NCBI GenBank assembly: GCA_963826525.1
Contig: CAWGXH010000004.1
Location: 1,760,001 to 1,824,000, forward strand
Length of the DNA stretch: 64,000 bases
Direction: 5' to 3'
DNA from: an uncultured Methanomicrobiaceae archaeon
GTDB lineage: Archaea; Halobacteriota; Methanomicrobia; Methanomicrobiales; Methanoculleaceae
The notes below the pieces were generated by a model. That model was not told the DNA's origin. It saw only the letters and a program-made list of their open reading frames with translations, and did no database searches. Positions 41,546 to 53,292 of this stretch are shown here, piece by piece (position 1 is the stretch's first letter; every line of letters starts with the position of its first letter). Both the position numbers and the translations under genes were made by a program.

Positions 41546-43309
41546 TCACCCCTGCTCCAGGTCCGAGAGAGCGGCGGCAACCTCAGCCGATGCCTGCTGC
41601 AGCCTGGCGACCTCGCCCGTCGTCTCGTTCAGGTGCTCCTTCCTCTTCCGGTAGGCGGCGGTGATTGCTCCCTGAGTGGCATCGACGGTGTCTGCCAGAT
41701 CCGTATCCAGTTCCCGGGCGAACTGCCGGAACGTCGCATCGATGTTCTGGAGCGTCGCCCACCGGAGGTTCTCGGCGTTCCTGACCACGAGGTAGGCGAT
41801 CTGCTTCTCAAGCCGCGCCCGGATCCGCTTCTCCCGCATCGAACGGGGCAGTGCCCGGTCGAGGAGCTCGTTCGTGACCGGGCTGAAGGTGCTCTCCCAG
41901 CCCTTCCGGGAGACCCAGTACGGCTCCTGCCGCATCGAGAGCTCCCTCCCGCTCTCCGGGGCACGGTAGGGGATAGCGAAGAGGTCCGCGGCAGCCAGCC
42001 TGACCGACTCGATCAGGTCGTCGGCCCGCTGCTGGTGGAGCCGCAGGAGCACCGTCACCTCCTGCTCGACCGCCGTGGTCATCTCCCCGAGTTCGTGCTC
42101 GTAGAGCGACGGGATGGCGGCGGCAACGGCGTCCTGCGCCGCCGCTTCGTCGGGGCCGCCGGGAGCCGCGAGTGCATCTTCCGCCACGCCGCGGAGGCAT
42201 GCGCCCGCCCGCTCCCGGAGCGCCTGCACCTGCTCTTCGAGCCAGGCTGCCACCCGTGTATGGTCGCCCGCGAGGATGTCGGCGGCATGCCGCCGCTGGA
42301 GCTCCGCCTCACGGATCTTCGCTTCAAACGTCCGCATCCGGTCTTCGAGTGTATCGAGCGGCATCTCCAGCGCCCGCTGCGAGAGCTCGATCCGGAGCGT
42401 GACATCACCCAGCAGGTCACGGGCCTTCTTCAGGACCGCATCCCGGAGCACGGCGTTCTTCTCCCCGGCAAGGAACCCGATCAGGTGCTCCGAGACCGCC
42501 GCCATCCCGCTCGACCGCCAGAGGCCGGCATCGTCGGCTGCTCTGGCGGCAAGCCCCTGTTTCGCCGATACCGGGAAGACGGTGACCTGTCCTTCGATAC
42601 CGGCCCGCTCACGGAGCACCGTCTCGAAGAACGCGAGTGCTGTCTCCCGTTCGTCGTCGGCGAGGTAGTCGACCTTGTTGAGGACGAAGAAGACCTTTGC
42701 AACCGCATCGCGGATCGTCTGGAGGAATTCGACCTCCACCTCGGTGATCGGCGGGTCGGCGGAGACCAGAAAGAGCGCTGCATCGCACTGAGCGAGGAAA
42801 TTCAAGGTCATCTCAGTGTTGTGCTGGTGGACCGACCCGATCCCCGGCGTGTCGATCAGGACAACGCCCTCTGCAAGGAGTGCTGCGGGATGGGTCACCT
42901 CCACCTGCAGGACACCCTGTTCGTTCCTCGGGTTGAACTCTTCCGAGACATGCCGGAGGAGTGCCCGCTGCAGGTCGAGGGGAGTGTCGCTCTCGACGAT
43001 CTCGTCGTCGCGACCGTCCAGAAACCGGATACAAACGCTCCGCCGGTCGCCGTGGGCGATCAGTGTCGGGATGGCGGTCAGGGGGATCACCGAGCTCGGG
43101 AGAAGGGCTTCGCCGAGGAGCGCGTTGATCAGGGTGCTCTTCCCCCGCTTGAACTGGCCGAGCACGGCGAGGTGGAACCGGCCGGTACCGAGCCGGTCCG
43201 CCAGTGCGCGGAGCTGGTCGGCGTACGGCGCATACTCAGGCCCGAACGATCGGATACGGTCGGCTTCGCAGGCAAGGCTCTCGGGCAGATGCCGGGTGTG
43301 GCTACTCAT
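41546..43309 (-). CDS. Bacterial dynamin-like GTPase
   Basis: G1 GQFKRGKST, G2 PLTA, G3 DTPG, G4 NKVD, PVSA, long helical C-terminal region; AAGGAG RBS. Confidence 0.9.
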   Translation of the reverse strand: MSSHTRHLPESLACEADRIRSFGPEYAPYADQLRALADRLGTGRFHLAVLGQFKRGKSTLINALLGEALLPSSVIPLTAIPTLIAHGDRRSVCIRFLDGRDDEIVESDTPLDLQRALLRHVSEEFNPRNEQGVLQVEVTHPAALLAEGVVLIDTPGIGSVHQHNTEMTLNFLAQCDAALFLVSADPPITEVEVEFLQTIRDAVAKVFFVLNKVDYLADDERETALAFFETVLRERAGIEGQVTVFPVSAKQGLAARAADDAGLWRSSGMAAVSEHLIGFLAGEKNAVLRDAVLKKARDLLGDVTLRIELSQRALEMPLDTLEDRMRTFEAKIREAELQRRHAADILAGDHTRVAAWLEEQVQALRERAGACLRGVAEDALAAPGGPDEAAAQDAVAAAIPSLYEHELGEMTTAVEQEVTVLLRLHQQRADDLIESVRLAAADLFAIPYRAPESGRELSMRQEPYWVSRKGWESTFSPVTNELLDRALPRSMREKRIRARLEKQIAYLVVRNAENLRWATLQNIDATFRQFARELDTDLADTVDATQGAITAAYRKRKEHLNETTGEVARLQQASAEVAAALSDLEQG

Positions 43310-43571
43310 GGGATCTCTCCTTGATAATCGGGTGGGATACCTGTCGTATCCGCCGACGGATGGTAGGAGTTATCAGCCACAAAAGCGGTTAGAGGTGAAC
43401 TCCATCACCTGAATCTGTACCTCTGTATCTCGCCGTGCGGATAATTAATTCTTTGTCCTGAGAGGTACTGCAGTCCCGGTACTGCCACCCTCTCTCCGTA
43501 TGCACAGTGCAAAGTGTTTTTCGTACTGCCCGGATACGCCCGGTGGACGGAGACAAACCGGCTCGCACTGT

Positions 43572-43751
43572 TCACCACATTGAGGTCACGGTGTTGCGGT
43601 AGAGCCGGTCGGTTTCGTTGCAGAGTGCTTCGATATCTCCGGTAGCCGTGGCGAGTTCCTCCTCAGCATCGCAGCCGGCGGCACTAGTGGCACCGGCGAA
43701 CTCCAGCCGTCCCGTGATCGACTGTTTGAGGTCATCGATCATCGACGCCAT
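43572..43751 (-). CDS. Short hypothetical ORF or gene remnant downstream of the enolase fragment
   Basis: ATG 8 bp after the enolase stop; MASMIDDLKQSITGRLEF.. Confidence 0.3.
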   Translation of the reverse strand: MASMIDDLKQSITGRLEFAGATSAAGCDAEEELATATGDIEALCNETDRLYRNTVTSMW

Positions 43752-43759
43752 GCACGATC

Positions 43760-44071
<312 letters not shown>

Positions 44072-44138
44072 TCACATTAAGAGGGCATGCGGGGTGCCGT
44101 TGCTGCGCTATGAAACAGTGAACATTCACAAAAATGGA

Positions 44139-44223
44139 CGCCGGGAGGGAGATTTGAACTCCCGAGGCGCAAAGCACCAGCGGCTTTCAAGGCCGCCGCC
44201 TTTCCGGACTAGACTATCCCGGC
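44139..44223 (-). tRNA. tRNA-Ser (anticodon TGA)
   Basis: GCCGGGA acceptor stem, GCGGC-CTTGAAA-GCCGC anticodon arm, long variable arm, GGGAG-TTCAAAT-CTCCC T-arm; CCA not encoded directly after the discriminator. Confidence 0.95.
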
Positions 44224-44263
44224 TTGCCGTATACTGTAGGTTCTCCGGATAAAAATAGATTGG

Positions 44264-45376
44264 TCACCGCTGCCTGATGACAAGCAGGATGAGCAGGGCG
44301 AAGATGCCGAGCACCACGGGTATCGGCGTTGCCGGTGTCGTGGCCGGTACGTCGCCGAAGACCGCCGGCGGCGTCTGGCTTGCCTGCACGGTCTCTGCAT
44401 TCTCGACCGTGAGGCGGACGGTGCCGCTGTCCGTATAACTCATGGGATATACCTTGACGTAGACCACGCCGCCCCGGGCGGTGAACGAGGCCTCTTCTCC
44501 CTCGACAAGACCCTTATTGTTTACCTTATGGGTGGCCTGATCTTCATCGGTGTACTCGATCACCCAGTCGATCCCGGGGGAGGTGGTGATCGTTACCGTA
44601 CCGGGTTTCGTATCGATGACGAAGTATGCCGGAGCGTCCCGCGAGGCGCCGGCAGCGGCGGTCATGGCATCGGGCAGTATCGTCGGCGTAGGGCCTGCCG
44701 GAGTGGGGGTAACGAAGCCTCCGGTGACGGTGTAGTCAACGGCGGTAATAAACCCTTTATAGTCGGCATACTGCGCCCGGTACATTCCGCCTTCCGTGAT
44801 GGGCACCTCAAGCGAAAAGGCGCCGTTCTCGTCGGTCTTGATGTAGGTCGGACCGAAGACCGTTGCGGATCCGTGAGCGACCTCGATCTGGACACCTGCA
44901 TCCCCGAGACTCGGGACCGAGCCGGCGAGGCTTAAGGTGCCGTCGTAGATCTGGGTGGTGGGTGCGGTGAGCTTAATCTCCTCGGCTCTATTGACGATGG
45001 TAACGAACTTTAAGGTGATCGAGCTCCCACCGAAGGTCGTCTTCGTCGGGTCGATGATCTCGACGGTATACTGGCCGCCTCGAAGTCCCGCCGTCTCGAA
45101 CGTGGTCATGAACGTTCCATCCTGCTGGATGACGATGGTGTTTCGCGCAATCTCCTGTTTGGTTCCGGATGCGTAATAGAGGACGACATCCGTCGAGAAA
45201 CCCGGAGTGAGCGACGGCTTCGTGAGGCCTTCGGGCATGGTGGTTCCCGTCACAATGAGCGGCTCGCCTGCCTCGACACGATCGGGTGCACTGATTCCGA
45301 TGTATGCCGCCGATGCGGTGCCCACGATCAGCAGCATGCTTATGAATGATAGCCATGCGATCCTTTTCATAATCAT
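44264..45376 (-). CDS. Secreted/cell-surface protein with C-terminal TM anchor
   Basis: Signal peptide (..GTASAA), beta-rich body, P/T-rich linker, C-terminal TM plus basic tail resembling archaeosortase sorting signals. Confidence 0.8.
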   Translation of the reverse strand: MIMKRIAWLSFISMLLIVGTASAAYIGISAPDRVEAGEPLIVTGTTMPEGLTKPSLTPGFSTDVVLYYASGTKQEIARNTIVIQQDGTFMTTFETAGLRGGQYTVEIIDPTKTTFGGSSITLKFVTIVNRAEEIKLTAPTTQIYDGTLSLAGSVPSLGDAGVQIEVAHGSATVFGPTYIKTDENGAFSLEVPITEGGMYRAQYADYKGFITAVDYTVTGGFVTPTPAGPTPTILPDAMTAAAGASRDAPAYFVIDTKPGTVTITTSPGIDWVIEYTDEDQATHKVNNKGLVEGEEASFTARGGVVYVKVYPMSYTDSGTVRLTVENAETVQASQTPPAVFGDVPATTPATPIPVVLGIFALLILLVIRQR

Positions 45377-45398
45377 AGAATGAACTGGTATAGTGTTA

Positions 45399-46386
45399 AT
45401 GATATCCAAAAGTGCTCTGAAACCTCTGGCCTGTTGGCGGGGAAAAGACCTCTACGATGGACAGGTTCTCGAAACGGTGACCGTCATCTTCAGGACGGCG
45501 GGCTGCTCCTGGAACCGGTGCCTGATGTGCGGATACCGTCACGAACGCTACCCGCCGCTCTCCGAAAGCGAACTTGTCGACCGTCTCCTCGGGCAGATCG
45601 CCTGGGTGAAAGAGTCGTTCGCCGACGACGACTACCAGATGCTGAAGATCTTCACCTCGGGGAGTTTCTTCGACCCGGCGGAGGTTCCCGCGGCGGTGCT
45701 GACCGCCGCTAGCCGAGGCGTTCCGGGGCAAGCTGATCGTTGCGGAGACGAGGCCGGAGTACGCAAGCGAGGATCGTCTGGCGGCGTTCATCGCCGGCAT
45801 CGATGACGGCACCTGGTCTACGCCTCTCCACGTTGCGATGGGCCTCGAGACCACGAACGACGCTATCCGGGAGAAGAGCATCGATAAGGGGTTTACCTAC
45901 GCCGATTTCCTGCAGGCGGCATCGACCGCCCATCGCGCCGGAGCGGGTGTCAAGGCCTACCTGATGATGAAACCCCCGTTCCTGACCGAAGCCGAGGCGC
46001 GGGACGATATGCTGCGTTCGATAGAAGAAGTCTCATCCGTTGCCGATATGATCTCGATGAACCTCTGCACCGTCCAGAGCAGAACCGATGTGGAGCGGCT
46101 CTGGAAGCAGAATGCGTACCGCCCGCCGTATCTCTGGAGCGTCCTCGACGTGCTGATCCGATCGCCCGTTCACGTCCTCTGCGACCCGGTCGGCGGCGGG
46201 CAGATGCGGGGGCCGCATAACTGCGGTGCCTGCGACCGCCCGATCGTGAAGGGAATCGGCGAGTACTCGCTCACCGGGGATAAAGAACTCCTCCGGGTTC
46301 TCGCAGAAGAGGACTGCTCCTGCAAGCAGGAGTGGGAGTTCGTGCTCCGGGAGGAGCGCCCCTACTGCATGCCGCTTACGCGGTAG
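45399..46386 (+). CDS. Archaeosine biosynthesis radical SAM protein RaSEA (frameshift near 45710)
   Basis: FRTAGCSW..CLMCGY, KIFTSGSFFD, ETRPE, GLET, KPPFLTE, YRPPYLWS, RGPHNCG.CD. Confidence 0.88.
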
Positions 46387-47618
46387 ACGAACCGCTCTGT
46401 TCATCAAGCTGTTTGGCGAGCAGGGGCAGGAACGCACCCGCATCGCTCACCACGCCGACCGCCTGCATCGTGCCGCGGTCCATCAGTTTGGTGACGGATG
46501 CGGGATTGATATCGACACAGATGGTCTTGACGTAGGAGGGGAGACAGTTGCCCACGGCGACGGAGTGGAGCAGCGTCCCGATCATCAGGACCATCCCGAC
46601 ATCTTTTTGAATGAGCTCCCGCATGGCATCCTGCGCCTCCATGGCGTCGGTGATGACGTCGGGGAGAGGCCCGTCGTCCCTGATGGACCCTGCAAGTACG
46701 AACGGGACGCCGTTCTTCACGCATTCGTACATGATCCCGCCGGTGACGATGCCAAGGTCCACGGCGTTCTTAATCGAACCGGCGCGCATGATCTCGCTGA
46801 TGGCGTAGATGTGGTGCTTATGCCCGCCCGTGACGAGCGTCCCGGTCTTGAGGTCCATGCCGAGCGACGTGCCGAAGAGGTTGTACTCGATGTCGTGGGT
46901 TGCAAGGGCATTCCCGGCAAAGAGGACGTCGATATAGCCGTCCCGGATCATCTTCGCGAGCGAGTCCGCCGCACCGGTATGCACGATCGCCGGGCCGCCG
47001 ACGATGGCGATCTTCCCTCCCTTCTTCTTCAGAGCGAGGATCTCCCGCGCGAGCTTGGCGATGATCGTCTCGCTCGGCCGTTCGGAGGATACCGTGCCGT
47101 GCATGAACTCGAAGGTGCTGATCTTCCGGGGGCGTTCGGGGTATACGACGCGGACACCGTTCTCACCGATGACGATGGCGTCTCCGGCCTTGAGCTTCGA
47201 TAACGGCGTACAGATCGCCCGTTTCTCATCCTCCTCGACGACGATGAGGCAATCCATCTCGATCCCTTCGACCGGGAGCCATTCGTCCCGGTACTTGACG
47301 AACGTCGGGTGGTTGGTGGTTGAGTAAAAGCCCTTCGGAACAATCCTGTCGCCCTCTGCCGGTTTGAGGGTAACGTCGTTGATCTCGGGTGAGCGTGCGC
47401 CGAGGCGGTGCAGCTCGGAGAGGATGGAGTCGAGTCTGCTGATCGTCGGCGGCGGTGATACGGAGCCGCGCGTAGCTCGGGTCTTTTTTATGTTTTCCTA
47501 CGTTGAAGGTGAGGATCTCAAACTCCCCGCCCATGTCCATGATCTTATCGAAAACGAGGGTCATGATGCCGGAATCGATGATATGGCCCTCAAGTTCGAT
47601 TTCCCGGCAGAGTTCCAT
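46376..47618 (-). CDS. TIGR00300 / LOR-SDH family protein, ornithine cyclodeaminase-type (frameshift near 47435)
   Basis: [55 protein letters not shown]. Confidence 0.88.
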
Positions 47619-47727
47619 ACTGATAGGTCGGTGATGATGCGATAAGAGTGTTTCTCTCGAAAATTTGGCCGTTGAAGAACCGTATCCGGCTCGTGTACCG
47701 GTGAGTGGAGATGTTTCTGCGAGAGCC

Positions 47728-48318
47728 TCATCCGCAGAGGTATGCCTGAACCAGGGCGAGTTCCTCGCGGGTGTTGATATTGAAGGCCAGCCGCCGATCG
47801 CGGATCAGCACCGCTACCTCTTCCTGCGCATCTCCGATGCCCGCACCGTCGACGATGTTGATCCCGACCGGGCAGGCGTCCGTGCCGTCCACGACTGCCG
47901 TATACTGCGTCCTGCACCCGTGCTCCCTGCAGAGGCTGTGGGGAACCCACGTCGAGCAGGCGGGTGTGCCGGCTATGCGGTAGCGCTCCTCTATCGTGGT
48001 AATGATATCGGCCTTCAGGCACGGGAGGTCGGCGACGCAGGTGAAGAGGGGCTCGTCGAGATCGAGTGCAAGCACCACCTCTTCGAGATCCTCGATATAC
48101 CCGGAGCCTTCGGCGTCGTACCGCTCGATCCCGTTCGCACGGCACCAGTTCTTCGTAACCGGCGTGCGTGGCGAGGTGACGACCAGTGTTTCATGCCCTG
48201 CGGCCGTGAAGGCGTCGAGGACGTAGGCTATCATCGGTCGTGCGCAGATGGTAACGAGCGGCTTTTCTCCCATCCCCAGGCGTGAACCGGCTCCTCCGGC
48301 CATGATCAGCGCAAGCAT
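47728..48318 (-). CDS. cobY: Adenosylcobinamide-phosphate guanylyltransferase (CobY-type NTP transferase)
   Basis: [35 protein letters not shown]; downstream of the cobD-like gene. Confidence 0.85.
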   Translation of the reverse strand: MLALIMAGGAGSRLGMGEKPLVTICARPMIAYVLDAFTAAGHETLVVTSPRTPVTKNWCRANGIERYDAEGSGYIEDLEEVVLALDLDEPLFTCVADLPCLKADIITTIEERYRIAGTPACSTWVPHSLCREHGCRTQYTAVVDGTDACPVGINIVDGAGIGDAQEEVAVLIRDRRLAFNINTREELALVQAYLCG

Positions 48319-49305
48319 GCCTCGAGCGCCTCGATGATCTGCAGATTCTCTGCATGGGTTCTGACCGCGATCCTGATGTGCTTCGGAAGCCCGAACGAGG
48401 AGCAGTCCCGAACGAGGATTCCCCTGTGCAGGAGCTGTTCGGTCATGACCGGCGCCGCAATGGGGAGGGCGATCAGGATATAGTTTGCAGATGGCTCCCC
48501 GTACGGGAGGTTCATCTCCCCGAGCCGCTCGCAGAGCCATCGACGTTCGCCGGCGATCTGCTCTCTCGAGCGTTTGAGCTCGTGGTAGTGTGCGAATGCC
48601 TCGATTGCATAGGCCTCGGCAAATGCATTGACCGTCCAGGGGAGCCGTGCCGTCTCGATCCGTTCGATGAGTTCCGGCTCGCCGAACCCGTAGCCGAACC
48701 GGATGCCGGGAACGGCAAAGCACTTCGTGAGGGAGCGCAGGAGAAAGAGATCGTCGTGCCGGAGATCGACGAGGCTCTGATCGGGATCGGAGAGTTCTAT
48801 GAAGGCCTCGTCGAGAAAGAGGCATGCACCGTTCGAGGCTGTCTGCTCGAGAAGCGTGGTGACGGCGCCGCGCATACGAAGCGAGCCTGTTGGGTTATTC
48901 GGGTTGCAGCAGAAGCGCACCGATGCCGCCTTCTCGTCGGGCGTAGGCGTCGCTCCCGCCATGCGGGAAGCGAGTTCGGTACTCCCCGAAGGTGGGCTTT
49001 TCGAGGAAAACGCCGTCGCCTTCACCGAGAACAACCGAGCAGAACGCCCGGATGAGCTCGACCGACCCGTTGCCCACGGCAATCTCGTCGGGGCTCCTGG
49101 CAAAGGTGCGCCCGATGACGCTTTTGAGGACTTCGTACCGATCGTCGGGGTAGTCTGCAAGCGTTGCAGGGTCGGGCTTCCAGTCGATGTCGGGGGGAAA
49201 CGGATTGATGTTTGCACTAAAATCGAGCAATTCTCCGCCTCCGTGGCTTTTGTGCCACTGCACGGTTCCGCCGTGCACCACTTTCGTTGGAAATTCTTTT
49301 CTCAT
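48306..49305 (-). CDS. cobD: Threonine-phosphate decarboxylase CobD / HisC-family PLP enzyme (frameshift near 48965)
   Basis: HGG, LDFSANINP, GNGSVELI, CNPNNPTG, DEAF, RSLTK.FAVPGIRFGY. Confidence 0.82.
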
Positions 49306-49502
49306 AATGATGGCACTTATCGCAGGTAGACTGTAGATTGCAATGCATAAAACGGTTTTGAGAGTTCCCTGAGCGATTTAAAAAAGTATTTATACTATCG
49401 GGGTATTATTTGGGTTTATCTGATGTTGTCAGATAATAAGGTGACCGTCGTCTGACAAATGGCAGGCTTTTGTCTGCTTTATGTCGGATATGAGTGATAA
49501 CA

Positions 49503-49682
49503 ATGATGGACCGAATTACGATCAGATTGCCCAGGCAGCAGGTTGAGATGCTTGAGAAACTGGTAGAGGCCGGGGAGTTCCCTACCGTCTCGGAGGCTGT
49601 GCGATATTCCGTCCGGGAGCTTCTCGAGAAGCATGGCAACCGTGTCCTCCGCGAGATCGATCAGGTTTCATTTAAAGTTTAG
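49503..49682 (+). CDS. cdrS: Ribbon-helix-helix regulator CdrS
   Basis: DRITIRLP..LVEAGEFPTVSEAVR directly upstream of ftsZ. Confidence 0.85.
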   Translation: MMDRITIRLPRQQVEMLEKLVEAGEFPTVSEAVRYSVRELLEKHGNRVLREIDQVSFKV

Positions 49683-49696
49683 GGGGTTAGGCATCC

Positions 49697-50824
49697 ATGC
49701 AGACTATCATTAACGAAGCTTTGAAACACGCAGAGCGAGAGAGATTTACCAAGAACGCCATGAACGACGATGGCGATGATATGATCGGTCAGCCGCGTAT
49801 CGTTATCGTCGGGTGCGGCGGCGCCGGTAACAACACGATTAACCGTCTGTACCACATGCAGGTCAACGGCGCAGAGACGATTGCGATCAACACCGACAAG
49901 CAGCACCTGGATATGATCCAGGCGGACAAGAGGGTGCTTGTGGGCAAGTCCCTTACCAAGGGTCTCGGTGCCGGCGGTTTCCCCGATGTCGGCAGAAGGG
50001 CTGCGGAGATGGCACGCCCGACGCTTGAGGGCCTGCTCGCCGACGCCGACCTCGTCTTTATCACTGCAGGTATGGGCGGAGGCACCGGTACCGGAACCGC
50101 CCCGGTCGTGGCGCAGATCGCGAAAGAGCAGGGAGCCATCGTCGTCGGCATGGTCAGTTACCCCTTCCAGGTCGAGAAGGCCAGGCTTCTCCGGGCTGAG
50201 GAAGGTATGGAGGCGCTTGCCGCGGCCGCCGATTCGGTGATCGTTCTCGACAACAACCGGCTCATTAAATTCGTCCCGAACCTGCCGCTCGGACAGGCCT
50301 TCTCGGTCATGGATCAGCTCATCGCCGAGACCGTCAAGGGTATCAGCGAGACGATCACCGAGCCCTCGCTCATTAACATCGACTACGCCGATGTCCGTGC
50401 CATCATGAGCAAGGGTGGCGTGGCCGTGATGCTCGTCGGTGAGAGCAAGCAGCAGAACAAGGCCGAGAGCGTCGTGCACGAGTGCCTGAATCACCCGCTC
50501 CTCGATATCGATTACCGTGGAGCGACCGGCAGTCTCATCCACATCACCGGCGGAAACGATCTGACGCTCCAGGATGCCGAGGAGATCGCAAGTTCCCTCA
50601 CCTACGAGCTCGACCCGCACGCGGATGTCATCTGGGGCGCACGTGTCAACAGCGAATACGAAGGCCGCGTCCGCGTCATGGCCATCATGACCGGTGTCAA
50701 GAGTGCGCAGATTCTCGGACAGCAGCGTGCGTTCGAGCCCGTGGCAAACCGGCAGAATATACAGTCGGGACGCCGTCCTGCATCCCGGGACGCGACCAGC
50801 GGGCATCTTATAGATTTCCTTTGA
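49697..50824 (+). CDS. ftsZ: Cell division protein FtsZ (FtsZ2 type)
   Basis: [23 protein letters not shown]; cdrS linkage. Confidence 0.96.
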   Translation: MQTIINEALKHAERERFTKNAMNDDGDDMIGQPRIVIVGCGGAGNNTINRLYHMQVNGAETIAINTDKQHLDMIQADKRVLVGKSLTKGLGAGGFPDVGRRAAEMARPTLEGLLADADLVFITAGMGGGTGTGTAPVVAQIAKEQGAIVVGMVSYPFQVEKARLLRAEEGMEALAAAADSVIVLDNNRLIKFVPNLPLGQAFSVMDQLIAETVKGISETITEPSLINIDYADVRAIMSKGGVAVMLVGESKQQNKAESVVHECLNHPLLDIDYRGATGSLIHITGGNDLTLQDAEEIASSLTYELDPHADVIWGARVNSEYEGRVRVMAIMTGVKSAQILGQQRAFEPVANRQNIQSGRRPASRDATSGHLIDFL

Positions 50825-51211
50825 ATATAACCTCCTCATTTTCTCCTTCCGGTGGTACCCGTGACCCGTTCGGTGCCGCACCGCCTGTGCCGGCGGTGAC
50901 GAACGGGTACGCACGTCCTCCCGAAATACTTAATAGTGCGGATGTCATTTGAATAATAGAACGATCCTGTAAAATCCCGCCTATTACGGGTGGAATGGTG
51001 GATCTCCCGGTTACATCAGTCATCGGGAAATGCCACGAGGTACCGGGGGTTGAACAACCATGAACAGATGGATGAATATCGGCCTGGACAGGTGTGTCCG
51101 GCGAAGCGTCTTTTGTTATGTTGTTATTAACTCCGGAGTCTCCGGCATCGATCTATCCACCCTCCGGCGGGATACACCGGACAGGTAGCGAACGTTGAGG
51201 ATTGGTAGTGG

Positions 51212-52073
51212 ATGTTGAACGATTTAGTTGATAAGAGAAAGAAGTTTCTCGCAGAGTCTGAACAGCACAAAAACCGAAGGAACGAGCCTGAATGCGCTTG
51301 CCAGCAAGTACGCCCGGGAGCGTAACACGCTGAACAACCAGACTCGCGAGTTCGTTGAGGAGGCGCAGAAGCACAAGGAGCTCCGTGACCAGAACAACGG
51401 AGACGTTCAGAGGCTGAAGGAGGAGCGCAACGAGCACAACGATAAGGCGAACGTGCTCTTCGAAGAGATCGAAGCCTTCAAGAAAGAGCACGGGAACCTG
51501 AAGAACCGTGGCATCAAGGAAGTTCAGAAGCAGATCGAGCACTTAGAGTTCAAGCAGCAGACGGAGGTCTACAGCACCGATAAAGAGCGTGAGTTGATCG
51601 ATAAGATCAAGCAGCTCAAAGCCTCCGTAAAAGAGCAGGAAGCGGAGCTTGAACAGAATAAAGATATGCGGACGAAGCTGACCGATGCCCGTGAGTTTCG
51701 CCGGCTCGCATCCGAGATCCATAAAGAAGTGACCGAGAAGGCCGAGCTTGCACAGCAGCACCACGACCTGATGGTGGAGTCGTATCGCAAGGCCGATAAG
51801 TCTCGCGAGGCCGCAGACCAGTCCCACCAGCTCTTTGTCGAGGCGCAGGAGTCTGCCGATGAGGAGCACAAGCAGTTCATCGCCTGCCAGAAGGAGCTTC
51901 GCGACTACGACAAGGTGATATCGGGCCTACGCAAGAAGACGAGGAAGACGAAAGTCACCAAAGAACAGAAAGCCGTCAGAAAAGAAGCAGAACAGATCTT
52001 CCAGAACTTCCGCGGTGGCGAGAAACTCACGACCGACGATCTGCTCCTTCTTCAGCGCGCAAAACTTATATAA
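51212..52073 (+). CDS. Conserved archaeal coiled-coil protein (COG1340-like; frameshift near 51288)
   Basis: MLNDLVDKRKKFLAESEQHKNRRNE joins LNALAS..; LEFKQQT, GEKLTTDDLLLLQ. Confidence 0.8.
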
Positions 52074-52167
52074 TCCTTATTTTTCCCGCACGAAAGTGCA
52101 AAAATCTGTGAATGGTTCTTCAAATGGTTGAAAATCATTTAATAGATTTGAAGCGATCTCTATTGAG

Positions 52168-53292
52168 ATGTCCAGAGACCGGACGCTAGTCCTCTGTGTC
52201 GATCGCGACGACGATATAGGATATAAGGCGGGTATCGAAGGTCCGGTAGTCGGGAGAGAGGCGTGCCTGAAGACGGCAAATGCTCTTGCCCTGATCGACC
52301 CTGAGGACTCGGACGTCAACGCCATCTTCGAGACTGTCAAGATCTACGACCTCCTCCACACTCGCGGAGAGGAGGTTGCCATTGCGGTCATCAGCGGCAA
52401 CCATATGAACCTCCTTGAGGGTGACCGCCGGATTGCGTCGGGTCTTGATACCATCCTCGGGGCGACGGGTGCCACGTCCTGTATCCTGGTGACGGACGGT
52501 GCCGAAGACGAGTATGTCATGCCGATCATTCAGTCACGGGTGCCGGTCAGCAGTGTCCGAAGGGTCGTCGTCAACCAGATGCCGAACCTCGAAGGCACCT
52601 ACTATATTTTAAAGCGCCTCCTCGACGATCCCAAGATCTCAAAGATCGTTCTCGTTCCGATCGGTCTTGCCATGCTGCTCTATGCGACTGCATACCTTCT
52701 CGGGTATCCGGAGGGTGCCACCATCGTCGTGGTCGGGGTCATCGGCACCTATCTGCTCTTCAAGGGATTCGGTATCGACGAGATCTTCCATTACTTCGTC
52801 ACATCGCTGCAGGCGTCGTTGCGGGGCGGGCGTTTTACGTTCGTGTCCTACATCGCGGCAATACTGATGGTGATCGTCGGGATCGTCATGGGCTTTACGA
52901 CCCTGCTGACACTCTACAAGACCTCCGGTATCTTCTTCTATATCCTGACGTTTATCTACGGTGCAATCGTCTGGTTCACCGCAGCGGGGCTCGTTGCATC
53001 GGTCGGCAAGATGATCGATGTCCTCCTGAACGAACGGGAGAATCTCAGAAGAGTTGTCGCCCTGCCGTTCTTCGTTCTGGCGCTCGGGGCGATCGCGTAC
53101 GGCGCCAGCATTTATACGCTCTCGATCAGCGATATTCCGCAGTTCCCTATCGCCGAAGACGTCGGGATACGATACATCGTCTTCGCGACGATCGGCGGTT
53201 TGTTCCTCGCCTTCTTCGGAGTATATCTCCAGTCCCTTCTCAGCAGGTGGGCGGGAGAACGCGGATCGGCTGCGATTGAGAGAGATGTGTGA
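52168..53292 (+). CDS. DUF373 family membrane protein
   Basis: LVLCVDRDDDIG.K, DPEDSDVN, VTDGAEDE, multi-TM C-terminus. Confidence 0.9.
   Translation: MSRDRTLVLCVDRDDDIGYKAGIEGPVVGREACLKTANALALIDPEDSDVNAIFETVKIYDLLHTRGEEVAIAVISGNHMNLLEGDRRIASGLDTILGATGATSCILVTDGAEDEYVMPIIQSRVPVSSVRRVVVNQMPNLEGTYYILKRLLDDPKISKIVLVPIGLAMLLYATAYLLGYPEGATIVVVGVIGTYLLFKGFGIDEIFHYFVTSLQASLRGGRFTFVSYIAAILMVIVGIVMGFTTLLTLYKTSGIFFYILTFIYGAIVWFTAAGLVASVGKMIDVLLNERENLRRVVALPFFVLALGAIAYGASIYTLSISDIPQFPIAEDVGIRYIVFATIGGLFLAFFGVYLQSLLSRWAGERGSAAIERDV

Noticed and set aside
41417-43324. 635-aa plus-strand ORF
   Set aside because: Antisense shadow of the GC-rich dynamin gene; no motifs.
49503-50824. RHH-ftsZ pair as a novel division regulator
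   Set aside because: This is the already described, widely conserved cdrS-ftsZ2 locus.
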